A stretch of DNA of 64,000 nucleotides from a virus (IMGVR_UViG_3300020577_014401:45993-109992), one strand, 5' to 3'. Positions 47,672-58,101 are shown, counted from the first letter of the stretch. Program-made: numbers and translations. Notes: a model not told the origin generated them from the letters alone.

Positions 47672-49117
47672 GTGGATCGGACTGAGAGCCAACTTGCTGT
47701 CGAGCGTCCGGAACCCGACCCGGACGTCCCTTGCTATTGGATCAAGATCCATGGCGGCCTCGGTGACGCGATCTGGTTGATGAAGAAAGCGGTCAACTTT
47801 CCGCTCCCGTTGCACATTTCGATCTCGAGTGAGAACCGCTCCCGACCCCGGCGATCCGCCGATCTCGTCCGGCACCTGCCGAATGTGATCAGTTGGAACT
47901 ATGACACGACTTCGTTTTGCCCCGACACGGGGCAGGACTGGCCGCCGCAGAACGACCCTTGCTGCGCGATGAAGAAGAAGTTCTCCCAGCTCGACATCCG
48001 CCCGAATGTGAAAACCAGGCTCGAGTGCAACCGGTGGCTTGAAGGCGGCCGCCGGATCGAAGATTGGTTGCCGGACATCAAGACTGAGCATCATTTCGAG
48101 TTCAAGCCGTGCGGTCCGCCGACGTTGGACATCAAGACCCCCAATGTCATCCTTCATCTGGCCGGTTGGCCTGATGTCGCGGATGATGTGTGGACCGCCG
48201 CAGCCGATCTGTTCAGGGCCAAGTGCCACGTCTACATCGTCGGAGGGTCGTACGATTTCCGCCCGCGGAGGATTCACGCTGCGGTCAACCGATGCTTGCC
48301 CGGCGTGTCGCTGATTGAAGACACGTCCTGGGAGAATTTGGTGGGCTTGCTCAAGTCGACGACGTTTTGTTTCGGGCACGCTTCCGGTTTCACGGCTTTG
48401 GCCGACGTGCTCAAAGTCCCCGGGGCCACTTTCAACCCGAGGGCTGTTCCGGGGCTGATCGGTAGTTGGAACAGCAAGCAGTACGATGGCATGCTGCATG
48501 TCGATCGGAATTCTGATTTCCAAAACGCCATCGGTTCGGCGATGAAGTTTTGGGAGTCGTCCGGGACGGCGACTTGGCCGCTCACGGCCAAGATCGGACC
48601 GAAAATCTCCCTCGACAACCGGACATCCGGATCGGAGGCCGCCCGTGCTGTCCGGGCCGCGTGTTCGATGGGGGCTCGTAATTCCCTCGTCTGGTCCGTC
48701 GACAAGGAAGCCCCGGACGACATTCCGGCCGCAGTGCTGGACGGCGCTTACAGCTGTGGCAAGATCGTTCGTCGTTTGGACATCGTTGGCTTCAATGAAT
48801 TGGCGCTGGCCCGTGCTTACAAGGAGACCTCTCGGTCGACGGCCAAGCCTTTGATCGATGTCCATTTCACTTGGCCGATCTCCAATTCCGATGACTCTTA
48901 CGATTTGGCGGTCGTCTACTGCTCCGAGAGGGCGGTTGAGTCGTCGGATGCCTGCCGACAGGCGTGGGCCAGGTTGTCCTCGAACGGGACGATCCTCATC
49001 GGCGGGGCGTCATCGAAAACCGCGTCGGAAACTTTGGCTGCGACGTTGAGGACCAAGGCCGCTCAGGTTGCGGACTCCGATGAGTGGTACTACTTGCATC
49101 GCAGGCTGGGAGCTTAG
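47672..49117 (+). CDS. GT9-like glycosyltransferase with C-terminal degenerate methyltransferase-like domain
   Basis: HGGLGDAIW, FGHASGFTALADVLKVP; YDLAVV..AWARLSSNGTILI. Confidence 0.6.
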   Translation: MDRTESQLAVERPEPDPDVPCYWIKIHGGLGDAIWLMKKAVNFPLPLHISISSENRSRPRRSADLVRHLPNVISWNYDTTSFCPDTGQDWPPQNDPCCAMKKKFSQLDIRPNVKTRLECNRWLEGGRRIEDWLPDIKTEHHFEFKPCGPPTLDIKTPNVILHLAGWPDVADDVWTAAADLFRAKCHVYIVGGSYDFRPRRIHAAVNRCLPGVSLIEDTSWENLVGLLKSTTFCFGHASGFTALADVLKVPGATFNPRAVPGLIGSWNSKQYDGMLHVDRNSDFQNAIGSAMKFWESSGTATWPLTAKIGPKISLDNRTSGSEAARAVRAACSMGARNSLVWSVDKEAPDDIPAAVLDGAYSCGKIVRRLDIVGFNELALARAYKETSRSTAKPLIDVHFTWPISNSDDSYDLAVVYCSERAVESSDACRQAWARLSSNGTILIGGASSKTASETLAATLRTKAAQVADSDEWYYLHRRLGA

Positions 49118-49187
49118 GCTTGATCCGTTCGACCGGGATCGGTCATAATCACGATTCGACTCCAATGACCGGAAGGGGAATCGGATC

Positions 49188-49367
49188 ATGAATCAGGAAC
49201 AGATCGGCAAAAGCCTGGCTTTCGAACTCGGGTCGGCTGTCGAAGTCGTCAAGTACGCGTACGAGCAGCCGACCGAGGCCGCCTGCGAACAGGTGCTCAG
49301 CAAACTCACGCCCGATCACATCGAACTGGTGCAACGGTATCAGGCCGCCGTCAACCAGCGAAACTGA
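49188..49367 (+). CDS. Small hypothetical protein (59 aa, below the ORF-track cutoff)
   Basis: MNQEQIGKSLAFELGSAVEVVKYAYEQP...QRN*. AAGGGG RBS; TTGATC-N18-CATAAT upstream. Confidence 0.55.
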   Translation: MNQEQIGKSLAFELGSAVEVVKYAYEQPTEAACEQVLSKLTPDHIELVQRYQAAVNQRN

Positions 49368-49406
49368 TCGTTGGCCGGACGCACCTGACGCCGTGGAGCC
49401 CCGGTT

Positions 49407-51968
49407 GTGGCTGAACCTGTACCGTACGCGCCGGCCGCCCCCGGCGCTTTCAACCCCCAGCTCCCCGGACAACCGGCCCCTAACCAGGCCATGCCCGGGT
49501 TCGGGGGTTCGTTCGCACCCGGGGCCAATTTCAATTTCGATCCCCTCTCCGGCATCAACGCCCGATTGAAGGCTCCGGCCGGGACCCAGTCTGCACCTCC
49601 GGCCGCCCAGCAGCCGCAAATTCAACAGCAGTCGCCACCATCGACCTCCATGCGTTCGATTGGTGAAGACGCCGCGAATCGGTTCCTGTTCGGCGGCGGC
49701 CGTCCGCTGTCGCCGCCTCCGGCTGCTGGCCCGTCGAACGGCGTGTTTGACCCCGAGACCGGCGCCGGATTCGTTCCGCAGCCTCAGAACGCTTTCGGGC
49801 GATGGGCCGACCGCCAACTCAATTCCGTCAACGACTGGATGCTGGGTGGTCAGCAGGAAGCCAGGGATCTCGTCAATTCGTCCTCGCCGAGTGAGTTTCT
49901 CGGGCGAGCTTGGAATGCACTCCCCAATGATCCGAAACTGCCCAACACGTTGGGCGATTACGCTGTCACAGCCGCGAACGGTCTTCCGTTCGGCCCCAAG
50001 GATATCCGCGGGGCCGTCGACCGTGTCGGCGAATCGATCGACCCTGAGTTGTACGGGATCCTCAAGAACACCGGTCGCGGGGTCGCCCAGAACATTGGTG
50101 ACCGCTTGGAGCGGTCCGGCGATTACCGCGCAGCCAGGACAGGCGTCAACGAGATCGCCGATCATCGTCTCAGTCTGACCGACCTCTATCTCGCCAAGAC
50201 TCTTGGGAAGCGACTCGGTGCCGCCGGCGCCAGGACTGCTCTCGCAGACGCAGCCCCGATGGTGACCCGTCCGGGTGTCGCTGGGAAAATTCCCAATGTC
50301 GGGGCCGCTGCTCCGGGTGCCGCTGGAAAAATTCCCAATGTCGGGGCCGCTGCTCCGGGTGCCGCTGGAAAAATTCCCAATGTCGGGGCCGCTGCTCCGG
50401 GTGCCGCTTCGGAAGCTGCACAAATCGCTTCCGCTCAACCCGGTGGCCTTTGGTCGAAGGCCCGCGGTTTCGCCAAGGGCCTTGTTGCCAACGAACCGGT
50501 TTTCGGTGTCGGGGCTGCCACGAATCTCGGGCGTGGGGCCTTCAACATCAGCCGCGGCATGTACCACGGGGTTCGCGGCATGCCCGGGGCCGCAGGGAGT
50601 TTCGCGACTGGTGCCAAACAGATCGTCAGGGTTCCGTTTCAATCGTTTGTGCCGGCGGCGACTGGATCGGCGTTGGCGCAAGTCGGCGAACAGACCGATG
50701 CTCCCGGCGCTGGTTCCGATACCAATCTGTGGATGGCTGAGTTGAGGACGAATCCGATTCGCATGGTCGGTGACGCTTTCGGGGTCGGCGCCAAGACGCT
50801 AGGCGCCGGCAGTTCGTCGACGCCGAACGCCGGGGAAGTGCTCTCTCAGCACGCCCGCAATCTTGGACACGCCGGTCGGATGGCCATCGACAACTTTCCG
50901 AAATTCATTGATCATTTCGGGACTGCCGCCCGGGATCTGATCAACCAGGGCAACGGTATCAGCGGTCCCGAGGTGCAGCACCGCGAGCTCACCAACGAGT
51001 ACAACCGGTTGGCCCCAGGCATCGGCGCCGCCGACAGTGTGATGCCGTACGGGATCGGCGGTATGGCGTGGCGGCAGGGCCTGATCGACCCGATGGCGGA
51101 AAAGGCCCGCGGTATCGATCTCAGGACTCAACCTGGTCTCGAAACCGCTTACGATGAACTCGCCAGGCGCAAGGCTCTCGAGCGGATCACTGGCGAGAGC
51201 GGCATGCCCCCGAGCGTTGTCGATTTCGCCAACAAGACTCTGGGGGCGCCCCGCAGCCTTCCGATGCCGTCGGTGGATTCCCAAGGCCGGCCCGTCAGGG
51301 CCAAACTCCCGTTCCCGACGCAAAGGGACATCGCTGCCGCGTCCGAATTGGCTGGTAAGGACCAGCGTGGTTTCGACAGTCTTGTCGGCAGCCACATGTC
51401 CAGGACGGCGGACGGTTATCAGGGCGCCCAGCCGGCTGCCATGGTTCCTCAGCAGCCTCAGCAGCCTCAGCAGCCTCAGCAGCCTCAGCAGCCTTTGAAC
51501 CCGGCGGTGAAGAAGCAGGTCGACAACATCTTGCAATCTGCTCTTCCCAAGACCGGCGACGGGTCCGCCGTGCCGCCCGAGCAGATTTCGCAAAACGTGA
51601 AATCGTTCATCGAGCAGGCTGGAGATCTGACCAGTTCTCTCAGCCAGGTCGAGCAGATGCCCCCGCCTGAACGCGGGCCACTCGGTCAGTATTGGCACTC
51701 CTTGCCGTCCGGGTCGAAGGTTCTGGCCATCGCCGGCCTTTCCATCACGGCCATTTCGGCGCTTCGTTCGATGTTCGGCGGCGACGATGGTGACGAGGAA
51801 GGCTTCCTCAGCCGCGTTCTTCCGTACCTTGGGCTGGGGGCCGCGGCGTGGGGTCTGGGCGGGGGTACGATCGGCTTCAGCCGTGAGAATCTTCCCGAGA
51901 TGCAGAAGTACAAGAATCTCGGCAACGCCATTGGAGCCCAGTTCGGATCAGGGCAGTTGTTCAACTGA
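49407..51968 (+). CDS. Large Gly/Ala/Pro-rich putative virion protein with C-terminal TM hairpin
   Basis: Low complexity, internal tandem repeats, two hydrophobic segments near the C-terminus. Confidence 0.7.
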   Translation: MAEPVPYAPAAPGAFNPQLPGQPAPNQAMPGFGGSFAPGANFNFDPLSGINARLKAPAGTQSAPPAAQQPQIQQQSPPSTSMRSIGEDAANRFLFGGGRPLSPPPAAGPSNGVFDPETGAGFVPQPQNAFGRWADRQLNSVNDWMLGGQQEARDLVNSSSPSEFLGRAWNALPNDPKLPNTLGDYAVTAANGLPFGPKDIRGAVDRVGESIDPELYGILKNTGRGVAQNIGDRLERSGDYRAARTGVNEIADHRLSLTDLYLAKTLGKRLGAAGARTALADAAPMVTRPGVAGKIPNVGAAAPGAAGKIPNVGAAAPGAAGKIPNVGAAAPGAASEAAQIASAQPGGLWSKARGFAKGLVANEPVFGVGAATNLGRGAFNISRGMYHGVRGMPGAAGSFATGAKQIVRVPFQSFVPAATGSALAQVGEQTDAPGAGSDTNLWMAELRTNPIRMVGDAFGVGAKTLGAGSSSTPNAGEVLSQHARNLGHAGRMAIDNFPKFIDHFGTAARDLINQGNGISGPEVQHRELTNEYNRLAPGIGAADSVMPYGIGGMAWRQGLIDPMAEKARGIDLRTQPGLETAYDELARRKALERITGESGMPPSVVDFANKTLGAPRSLPMPSVDSQGRPVRAKLPFPTQRDIAAASELAGKDQRGFDSLVGSHMSRTADGYQGAQPAAMVPQQPQQPQQPQQPQQPLNPAVKKQVDNILQSALPKTGDGSAVPPEQISQNVKSFIEQAGDLTSSLSQVEQMPPPERGPLGQYWHSLPSGSKVLAIAGLSITAISALRSMFGGDDGDEEGFLSRVLPYLGLGAAAWGLGGGTIGFSRENLPEMQKYKNLGNAIGAQFGSGQLFN
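50271..50408 (+). repeat. 42-bp coding tandem repeat x3.3 (PGAAGKIPNVGAAA)
   Basis: CCGGGTGCCGCTGGAAAAATTCCCAATGTCGGGGCCGCTGCT units. Confidence 0.95.
51447..51494 (+). repeat. 9-bp coding tandem repeat x5 (PQQ)
   Basis: CCTCAGCAG x5. Confidence 0.95.
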
Positions 51969-52036
51969 TCGGTGTTCGGTTACAATCACCCCGATCGCCC
52001 GGCAGCGCATGGCGGGCGTGCCAGTTGTTACGCCGG

Positions 52037-52074
52037 CGGCCGGGGGCTTGAACCACCCCCGGCCGTTTTCTTTT
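52037..52074 (+). terminator. Rho-independent terminator
   Basis: CGGCCGGGGG/CCCCCGGCCG stem followed by TTTTCTTTT. Confidence 0.7.
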
Positions 52075-52083
52075 GGAGTCGAT

Positions 52084-52986
52084 GTGCCGCCTCCTGAATT
52101 CCACAAGTATCTCAAGAAGGTGGTCGAGGCCGCCAAGCGGGTCGACACGGAAGCGACGCACGCGCAGCGGGAAGCCGGAAACGCCCGTGTCGGCAAAATC
52201 TACTTCCACGGTCTTCAGTGTTCGATCGAGTTCCCGAAAGGTTCTCTGCGAAAAGGAATCGGTGCGGACGGCAAGGAGTGGTCGCGCCCGATGTCCGCCC
52301 ACTATGGCCGAATCAATCGCACCATGTCACCGCACGACGGCGACCCGGTCGACTTCTACCTTGGCGAGCACCCTGAGTCGCAGATCGTGTTCGTGATCTC
52401 GCAGCTGACCGACCGCGGTGATCTTGATGAGCACAAGTGCGTCCTCGGCACTCGCAACGTGGCGGAAGCCAAGAAGCTCTATCTCGACCACTACCCGTCG
52501 TGGTGGAAGGAAGAACGGCTCGGTGAGGTCCGCGGTTACACGATGGAGCAGTTCAAGAAGTGGCTGGCGTCCAACAACCCTGTGAAGCATCGTCGTGTGT
52601 CGAAGTCGGCCGATCTGCTTCCCGGCGGCGAGGGTGACGATCGACCGGATTCGGCGTTTCCCGCCGCCGCCCTCGTCCGCGGGGCGACTCACGAGACTGA
52701 GCACACAAGCGATCGGGCGATTGCCAAAGAGATCGCCAAGGACCATCTCACTGAAGACGAGGACTATTACAAGAAGCTGGAGAAGATCGAGAAGGCGGCT
52801 GGTTGCCGGCTGGACCGATACCGCTGCCCCCACTGCGGCGATTGCAACGCATACGACGGCAACCATCGGACCGGGCACAAGTTCAACAACGTCGCCCGAT
52901 GCACCGACTGCGGGAAGTTCTTCTCGATTGCTGACGCCAAGCCGACTGAGAAGGCGTCCGCCAGCCCCTTGGTGGTCGGAGCGTGA
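52084..52986 (+). CDS. Inorganic pyrophosphatase-like (InPase) domain + DUF5661-like domain + Zn ribbon
   Basis: IEFPKGS.R, HYGRI, DGDPVDFY, DEHK, MEQFKKWL; HETEHT..AKEIAKDHLTEDEDYYKKL; CPHC/CTDC. GGAG before the GTG start. Confidence 0.75.
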   Translation: MPPPEFHKYLKKVVEAAKRVDTEATHAQREAGNARVGKIYFHGLQCSIEFPKGSLRKGIGADGKEWSRPMSAHYGRINRTMSPHDGDPVDFYLGEHPESQIVFVISQLTDRGDLDEHKCVLGTRNVAEAKKLYLDHYPSWWKEERLGEVRGYTMEQFKKWLASNNPVKHRRVSKSADLLPGGEGDDRPDSAFPAAALVRGATHETEHTSDRAIAKEIAKDHLTEDEDYYKKLEKIEKAAGCRLDRYRCPHCGDCNAYDGNHRTGHKFNNVARCTDCGKFFSIADAKPTEKASASPLVVGA

Positions 52987-52989
52987 CCG

Positions 52990-54825
52990 ATGCCTCTTTC
53001 CCCCGACATTACGCTACAGCCCCACCAGCAGCAGTTCCGTGACGACGCTGCCGCTTCGGCCGCCGCCGGCGAACCATTCCGCCGTGTCGCGATCTGGACT
53101 GTCGGATCCGGCAAGTCGCTTGGAGCGCTTTCAGCCTCGGACGCCCTCGGCGGTCGAACTGCCGTTGTCGCCCCGGCCGCTGTTCGTCCGTCGTTCCAGC
53201 AGGAAGCCAAGAGGCTCCTCGATTACCCGGTCCCCGTTGTCTCTTACAACCAAGCCGCTTCCGGCAAACTTCCGCCGCCGGACAATCTGGTTGTTGACGA
53301 AAGCCAGCGGCTCGGGTCGACCGGCCCGCAGTCGCAAGCCGTCGCTGACTTGGCCATGAAAGCCAGGAATGTGATCCTGTTGTCGGGGACGCCGATCCGC
53401 AACCATCCGCGGGAGTTGGCCCCGATGCTGTCGATCCTGACCGGTCGGCCGATGGATCAGGATCAGTTCACGCAGAGGTACGTCGGCACTGAGAAGCGGC
53501 GTCCCGGCGGCATCCTCGGATGGCTCCGGGGCGAGCCCGCTGTCGAGCAGCCGGTCATCTCTCACGAGGACGAGCTGCGGAATCTCCTCTCCGGGAAGGT
53601 TGATTTCTACGAGAACTCGACCCCCCCTCCGGGCGCTCCGTCGAGCGTCAAGTACGAGGATGTCGAGTCGACGATGACCCCGCCGCAGTCCGAACTGTAC
53701 CAAGGGATGTTCAATCGACTCCCCAGGATTTTGGTTTGGAAACTCAAGTGGTCGTATCCCTTGTCCGATTCGGAGCTTGTCAAGGCACGGTCGTTCCTCA
53801 CCGGCCCGCGGCAGATCGGGCTCTCCGACTTGCCGTACCGGTCCGATCGCGATCCACTCAAGGCGTTCGAGAACAGCGGGAAGTTGAAGACCGCCATGGG
53901 CCGGATGGAAGAGATGCTCAAGCACGATTCCCGAACCAAAGGGATCGTGTACTCCAATTTTCTGCACGCCGGTTTGCGACCGTACTCCGCTGCCCTGACC
54001 AAGGCCGGTATCCCCCATGCCGTTTTCCACGGCGGGTTGTCCGACGAGGAACGCCGTCGGCTCGTCTCTGATTTCAACAGCGGCAAGACCCGTGTCGCTC
54101 TGGTGGCTCCCGCCGGCGCCGAGGGTATCAGCCTGAAAGGCGCCCAGAAGATCCAGCTCTTGGACGCTCACTGGAATGAAGCCAGGATGCGGCAGGCCCA
54201 GGCTCGTGGCATCCGGTTCGATTCGCATCTGGGTCTTCCTGAGGATCTTCGTGGCGTGACGGTTGAGCGGCACATCGCCAAGTTGCCGCTCGGGCTCGGC
54301 AGCCGGTTGATGGCGTCTCTTGGATTCGACCGGGATTCGCAGCGGGCGGCGACCGACGACTACTTGATGGCGATGTCGACCCGCAAGGAGAAACTCAACC
54401 GTCAGTTCATGGACCTGATCAAGGATGTGGCGTCCGAGAACCGCAAGTCGGCGGCGGCTGTCTCCATCGGCGATCTTCTCCGTCAGGCTGAAGACGAGCT
54501 TGGTGTCACCGACTCCGGCGATCGTTACCTGCTGGCCAAGTTGGCCGAGACGGTGCCGAATGCTGTTCAGGAGAACCCGTTTCGTCGCATCAAGCAACTC
54601 AGTGATCTCGGCACTCCGGAGGGGTACGCTCAGAAGACGACCATGCTCCGGGATGCCATATCGAGGAACCCGAAAGCGTGGGTGATCGATTCTCAGCTCA
54701 ACCCGGAATTCGTTGGTGTGACCCACGTTGCGTCAGGTTGGAGGTATCACATGCGGAAACGGGATGTGGTCGATCTTCTGCCGATGCCGTCTTCGGGGGT
54801 GGACACGCCGCCGGTTCAGGTTTAG
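52990..54825 (+). CDS. SNF2-family helicase with extra C-terminal domain
   Basis: LQPHQ, VGSGKS, VVDESQ, LLSGTP, SGK, GAEGISL, HWN..QAQARGIR. Confidence 0.85.
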   Translation: MPLSPDITLQPHQQQFRDDAAASAAAGEPFRRVAIWTVGSGKSLGALSASDALGGRTAVVAPAAVRPSFQQEAKRLLDYPVPVVSYNQAASGKLPPPDNLVVDESQRLGSTGPQSQAVADLAMKARNVILLSGTPIRNHPRELAPMLSILTGRPMDQDQFTQRYVGTEKRRPGGILGWLRGEPAVEQPVISHEDELRNLLSGKVDFYENSTPPPGAPSSVKYEDVESTMTPPQSELYQGMFNRLPRILVWKLKWSYPLSDSELVKARSFLTGPRQIGLSDLPYRSDRDPLKAFENSGKLKTAMGRMEEMLKHDSRTKGIVYSNFLHAGLRPYSAALTKAGIPHAVFHGGLSDEERRRLVSDFNSGKTRVALVAPAGAEGISLKGAQKIQLLDAHWNEARMRQAQARGIRFDSHLGLPEDLRGVTVERHIAKLPLGLGSRLMASLGFDRDSQRAATDDYLMAMSTRKEKLNRQFMDLIKDVASENRKSAAAVSIGDLLRQAEDELGVTDSGDRYLLAKLAETVPNAVQENPFRRIKQLSDLGTPEGYAQKTTMLRDAISRNPKAWVIDSQLNPEFVGVTHVASGWRYHMRKRDVVDLLPMPSSGVDTPPVQV

Positions 54826-54880
54826 ACTTGTGAGTTGTCGAGCAAGTTGGATTCGCCCGTACCCGTGAGAGGATCTCCGA

Positions 54881-55150
54881 ATGCGTCGCCTTCTCGTCAT
54901 TTTCACCCTGGCGATCGCCGGCCTCGCCGTGACCGCCGACCAAGCCAGCGCCGGCCCGCTGCTCCGTCGATTCCTCGGTACCGAACGCTCGACCTCGGTC
55001 AGCCGTACCCGGACCTACTCGTTCGGCGGCGGGTGCGCGAACGGCAGCTGCGCTCGCAGTTCTTCGACCACGGCTTCGGCGTCGTCCAGTGTGGCGAAGC
55101 CGGTCGCTCAGCCGACCCCCAAGTCCAAGGATGCTCCGAAGAAGCAGTGA
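54881..55150 (+). CDS. Small secreted protein
   Basis: Signal peptide MRRLLVIFTLAIAGLAVTADQASA, then GPLLRRF..GGCANGSC. Confidence 0.7.
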   Translation: MRRLLVIFTLAIAGLAVTADQASAGPLLRRFLGTERSTSVSRTRTYSFGGGCANGSCARSSSTTASASSSVAKPVAQPTPKSKDAPKKQ

Positions 55151-56262
55151 CCTCGACCGAGGCTGCCACCTTGGAACGCGTCGATTATCTGATCGTCGGC
55201 TCAGGGCTCACCGGAGCCACGATCGCCAGAATGTGCTCGGACGCCGGTCTCGATGTCAAAGTCGTGGACCGGCGTCGTGTCGTTGGCGGGAACGTCGTCG
55301 ACCAGCTTCACCCGTCCGGCATCCGTTTCAACGTCCACGGTCCACATTACTTCCGCACATCGTGCGATCGGATTTGGGAGTTTGCGACTCGCTTCTCCGA
55401 ATTCCGGCCGTTCGCTGCTCGGGTCACGACGCTCATCGACGGCGCTGAAGTGCCGTGGCCGGTTCACTCCGAGTTCATTGAAAAGTTGGCTGGCACGGGC
55501 TGGAAGCCGGCATTCAACCGGACGCCGACCAATTTCGAGGAGCAGGCTCTTTCGATCATGCCCCGCGAAGTCTACGACAAGGCTGTGAAGCCGTACACGG
55601 AGCTGCAGTGGGGGGTGCCGGCCACGTCGTTGTCGGCGTCGTTGGCGCGGCGGTTCGACATCCGTACCGACGGCGAGATTCGGTTGACCCCGAATGCCAA
55701 GTACCAAGGTTTGCCGATATCCGGATATCAGTCGTGGATGGACGAGATGCTTCGTGGCATCCAGGTCGAATGCGACCACGACCATTTGAGCCGCCGTGAG
55801 ATCGAGCCGAGGCGAAAACTGGTGTTCACCGGGCCGGTTGATGAATACTACGGTTTCGATCTTGGCCGGTTGACCTACCGTAGTCAAAGCCGCCACCACA
55901 CGTTTCACTCCGACAAGGAGTACGTTCAGTCGACGATCCAGGTCAACAATCCGTCCGGCCCTCACATTCGTTCGATCGAGTGGAAGCACCAGATGGCCCC
56001 GGCTGAGGCGGCGTCGATCCGCGGCACTTTGACGACAACCGAGACTCCGTACTTCCCGACCGATCCTGACAAATACGAGTACCCGTTCCCGGACACCACG
56101 GGTGAGGCTCTCTACGATCAATACAAGAGACGGGCCGCTGCCGACACGGGGCTGGTTTTCGCTGGAAGATTGGGTCTGAACAAGTACCTCGACATGGACG
56201 CTTCGATCGCGGCTGCGATGAAAATCGCTGAACAACTCATCAATGAGGCCAACCGTGGCTGA
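55147..56262 (+). CDS. glf: UDP-galactopyranose mutase
   Basis: IVGSGLTG, GGN, HGPHYFRT, YT..QWG, YQGLP..GY, FTGPVDEYY, L.YRS, YP, GRLG.NKYLDMD. Confidence 0.92.
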   Translation: MTSTEAATLERVDYLIVGSGLTGATIARMCSDAGLDVKVVDRRRVVGGNVVDQLHPSGIRFNVHGPHYFRTSCDRIWEFATRFSEFRPFAARVTTLIDGAEVPWPVHSEFIEKLAGTGWKPAFNRTPTNFEEQALSIMPREVYDKAVKPYTELQWGVPATSLSASLARRFDIRTDGEIRLTPNAKYQGLPISGYQSWMDEMLRGIQVECDHDHLSRREIEPRRKLVFTGPVDEYYGFDLGRLTYRSQSRHHTFHSDKEYVQSTIQVNNPSGPHIRSIEWKHQMAPAEAASIRGTLTTTETPYFPTDPDKYEYPFPDTTGEALYDQYKRRAAADTGLVFAGRLGLNKYLDMDASIAAAMKIAEQLINEANRG

Positions 56263-58090
56263 AGTCACAGTTCTGGTGGTGACGCAGGATCAGGCGGACG
56301 CCCTGAAACTGACCATTGAGTCGCTTCGTCGGCACAACACCGACGTCAAGTTCCAACTCTGGGTTTGGGACAACAACTCGACCGACGGCGCCCAGGAATG
56401 GGCCAGGGACAATTGCGATCGGCTGTTCGTGAAAGATGGGCCTCTCGGCTGCCACCATGGACAGGCCCTCGATGCGATGGCGGCCCAGGTCCGGACGCCG
56501 TACACGCTCACACTCGACAATGACATGCGGATCGATGGCCCGTTCCTGTCCCGGATGCTCGAGGAGCTGCGGTTGAGCGGCGCGTTCGCCGCCAATCCGT
56601 CCTGCCGGGTCGACATGGGGACGGTTGATCATCACGGGATCGCCGTGCTCCACGGGCAGAAACGGATCGACCCGTGTTGCGCCCTGTTCAACACGCACCA
56701 ACTCGCCACGATGACCAAGTCGGTCTCGTTCTCTTCGTACGAGTGCGTCAAGCTGAGGAAGTTCTTCGACACCGGGGCCATGATCCGGGCGGCCGCGGAA
56801 GGCGCCGGTATGCGAATCCTCGATCTCGACTGGCTGTGGGAGAAGATTCATCACTACGCATCGATGACATGGGCTTCGTACGCCCCCGAAGGTTCCCCCG
56901 TCAAACGTCAGTACGACGACCGTCTGTCGGCTCTCCGGGCCGATCTGGCTTCGCATGTCGACTCCCAATTGGCTTCGGCGCAAGTCGTTGTTGCCAAATA
57001 CCGAGAGGACATTTCTTGGTTGAAGTCGTGTCCTCATCAACCGGTGGTCTACGACAAGTCCGGCGAAGCCGGCCCCCATGTCGGTCTTCCCAATGTTGGT
57101 CGCGAGGCCCACACGTTCGCCCATCACGTCGCTGCCAATTACGATCGGCTCCCCGAAGTCACGTTTTTCGTACAGGGAAAGCCGTTCGATCACGTTCCGA
57201 ACATCCTCGATGAGTTCAAGAAGCCCACCTCGCGGTTTCGGGCGCTCGGACCGCACCGAATGATCACCGGGCACGACGGCGATTCCTGTCATCGAGGTCT
57301 TCCGGTCAAGTCGCTCTACGAGTCGTTGACCGGTCGCGCCTGCCCGTCGGAGATCACGTTCGCCCCCGGTGCCTGTTTCGTCGCGCACCGTTCGACCCTG
57401 CAGAGATACCCGAAGACGTGGTGGTTGAACTTGGAGGCCCTCCTGGCCTCTCTTGAGACCCAAGGAACGCATGCGTGGGCGATGGAGAGGATTTGGGCCG
57501 CCGTCCTGACTGTGCCTCATGCCCCGCACCTCTACCACGAGCTGCTCGGCTGGTTCGATTACCAAGGACTTTACCGGGAGATGGTCGCGAACGCCCCCGA
57601 CACCGGAGCCCATTTTGTCGAAGTCGGCGCCTGGCACGGCCGGTCGTCCAAGTTCATGGCCACGGAGATTTTCAACAGCCGCAAGCGGATCCGTTTCGAC
57701 GTGGTCGACCATTTCGAGGGCAGCACCGGCGAGAACGAGCAGTTCATGCGGGATGAGGCGAAGGCCTCAGGTGGCAGCATTCGGGCGACGTTCGAACGGA
57801 ACATGGGTGAGATGCTCCCTTATGCGACGGTGGTGCAGAAACCGACTCCCCAGGCGGCCGAGCTGTACGCCGACAATTCTCTCGACTTCGTCTTCATCGA
57901 CGCCGGGCATTCCGAGGAGGAGCTCACGGCCGACAGCATCGCTTGGCATCCGAAAGTCAAACGTGGCGGCGTTCTGGCTGGACACGATTTTTCCGGGGCG
58001 TGGCCCGGAGTCGAACGGGCCGTCCGAAAATGTTTCGGGGACGATTTCCAGTTTGTGGCCCCGGCCTCGTGGAAGCACGTCAAGAAGTGA
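56255..58090 (+). CDS. GT2 glycosyltransferase + DUF3431-like domain + Methyltransf_24-like fusion
   Basis: VWDNNSTDG, LDND; VVAKYREDISW..LPNVGREAHT..FVQGKPFDH..MERIW; VEVGAWHGRS, DFVFIDAGH, GHDF. Confidence 0.8.
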   Translation: MAEVTVLVVTQDQADALKLTIESLRRHNTDVKFQLWVWDNNSTDGAQEWARDNCDRLFVKDGPLGCHHGQALDAMAAQVRTPYTLTLDNDMRIDGPFLSRMLEELRLSGAFAANPSCRVDMGTVDHHGIAVLHGQKRIDPCCALFNTHQLATMTKSVSFSSYECVKLRKFFDTGAMIRAAAEGAGMRILDLDWLWEKIHHYASMTWASYAPEGSPVKRQYDDRLSALRADLASHVDSQLASAQVVVAKYREDISWLKSCPHQPVVYDKSGEAGPHVGLPNVGREAHTFAHHVAANYDRLPEVTFFVQGKPFDHVPNILDEFKKPTSRFRALGPHRMITGHDGDSCHRGLPVKSLYESLTGRACPSEITFAPGACFVAHRSTLQRYPKTWWLNLEALLASLETQGTHAWAMERIWAAVLTVPHAPHLYHELLGWFDYQGLYREMVANAPDTGAHFVEVGAWHGRSSKFMATEIFNSRKRIRFDVVDHFEGSTGENEQFMRDEAKASGGSIRATFERNMGEMLPYATVVQKPTPQAAELYADNSLDFVFIDAGHSEEELTADSIAWHPKVKRGGVLAGHDFSGAWPGVERAVRKCFGDDFQFVAPASWKHVKK

Positions 58091-58101
58091 ATGGAGCGGC
58101 G

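Noticed and set aside
50271-50408. 42-bp repeats as a CRISPR array
   Set aside because: Head-to-tail with no spacers and in frame within a coding sequence.
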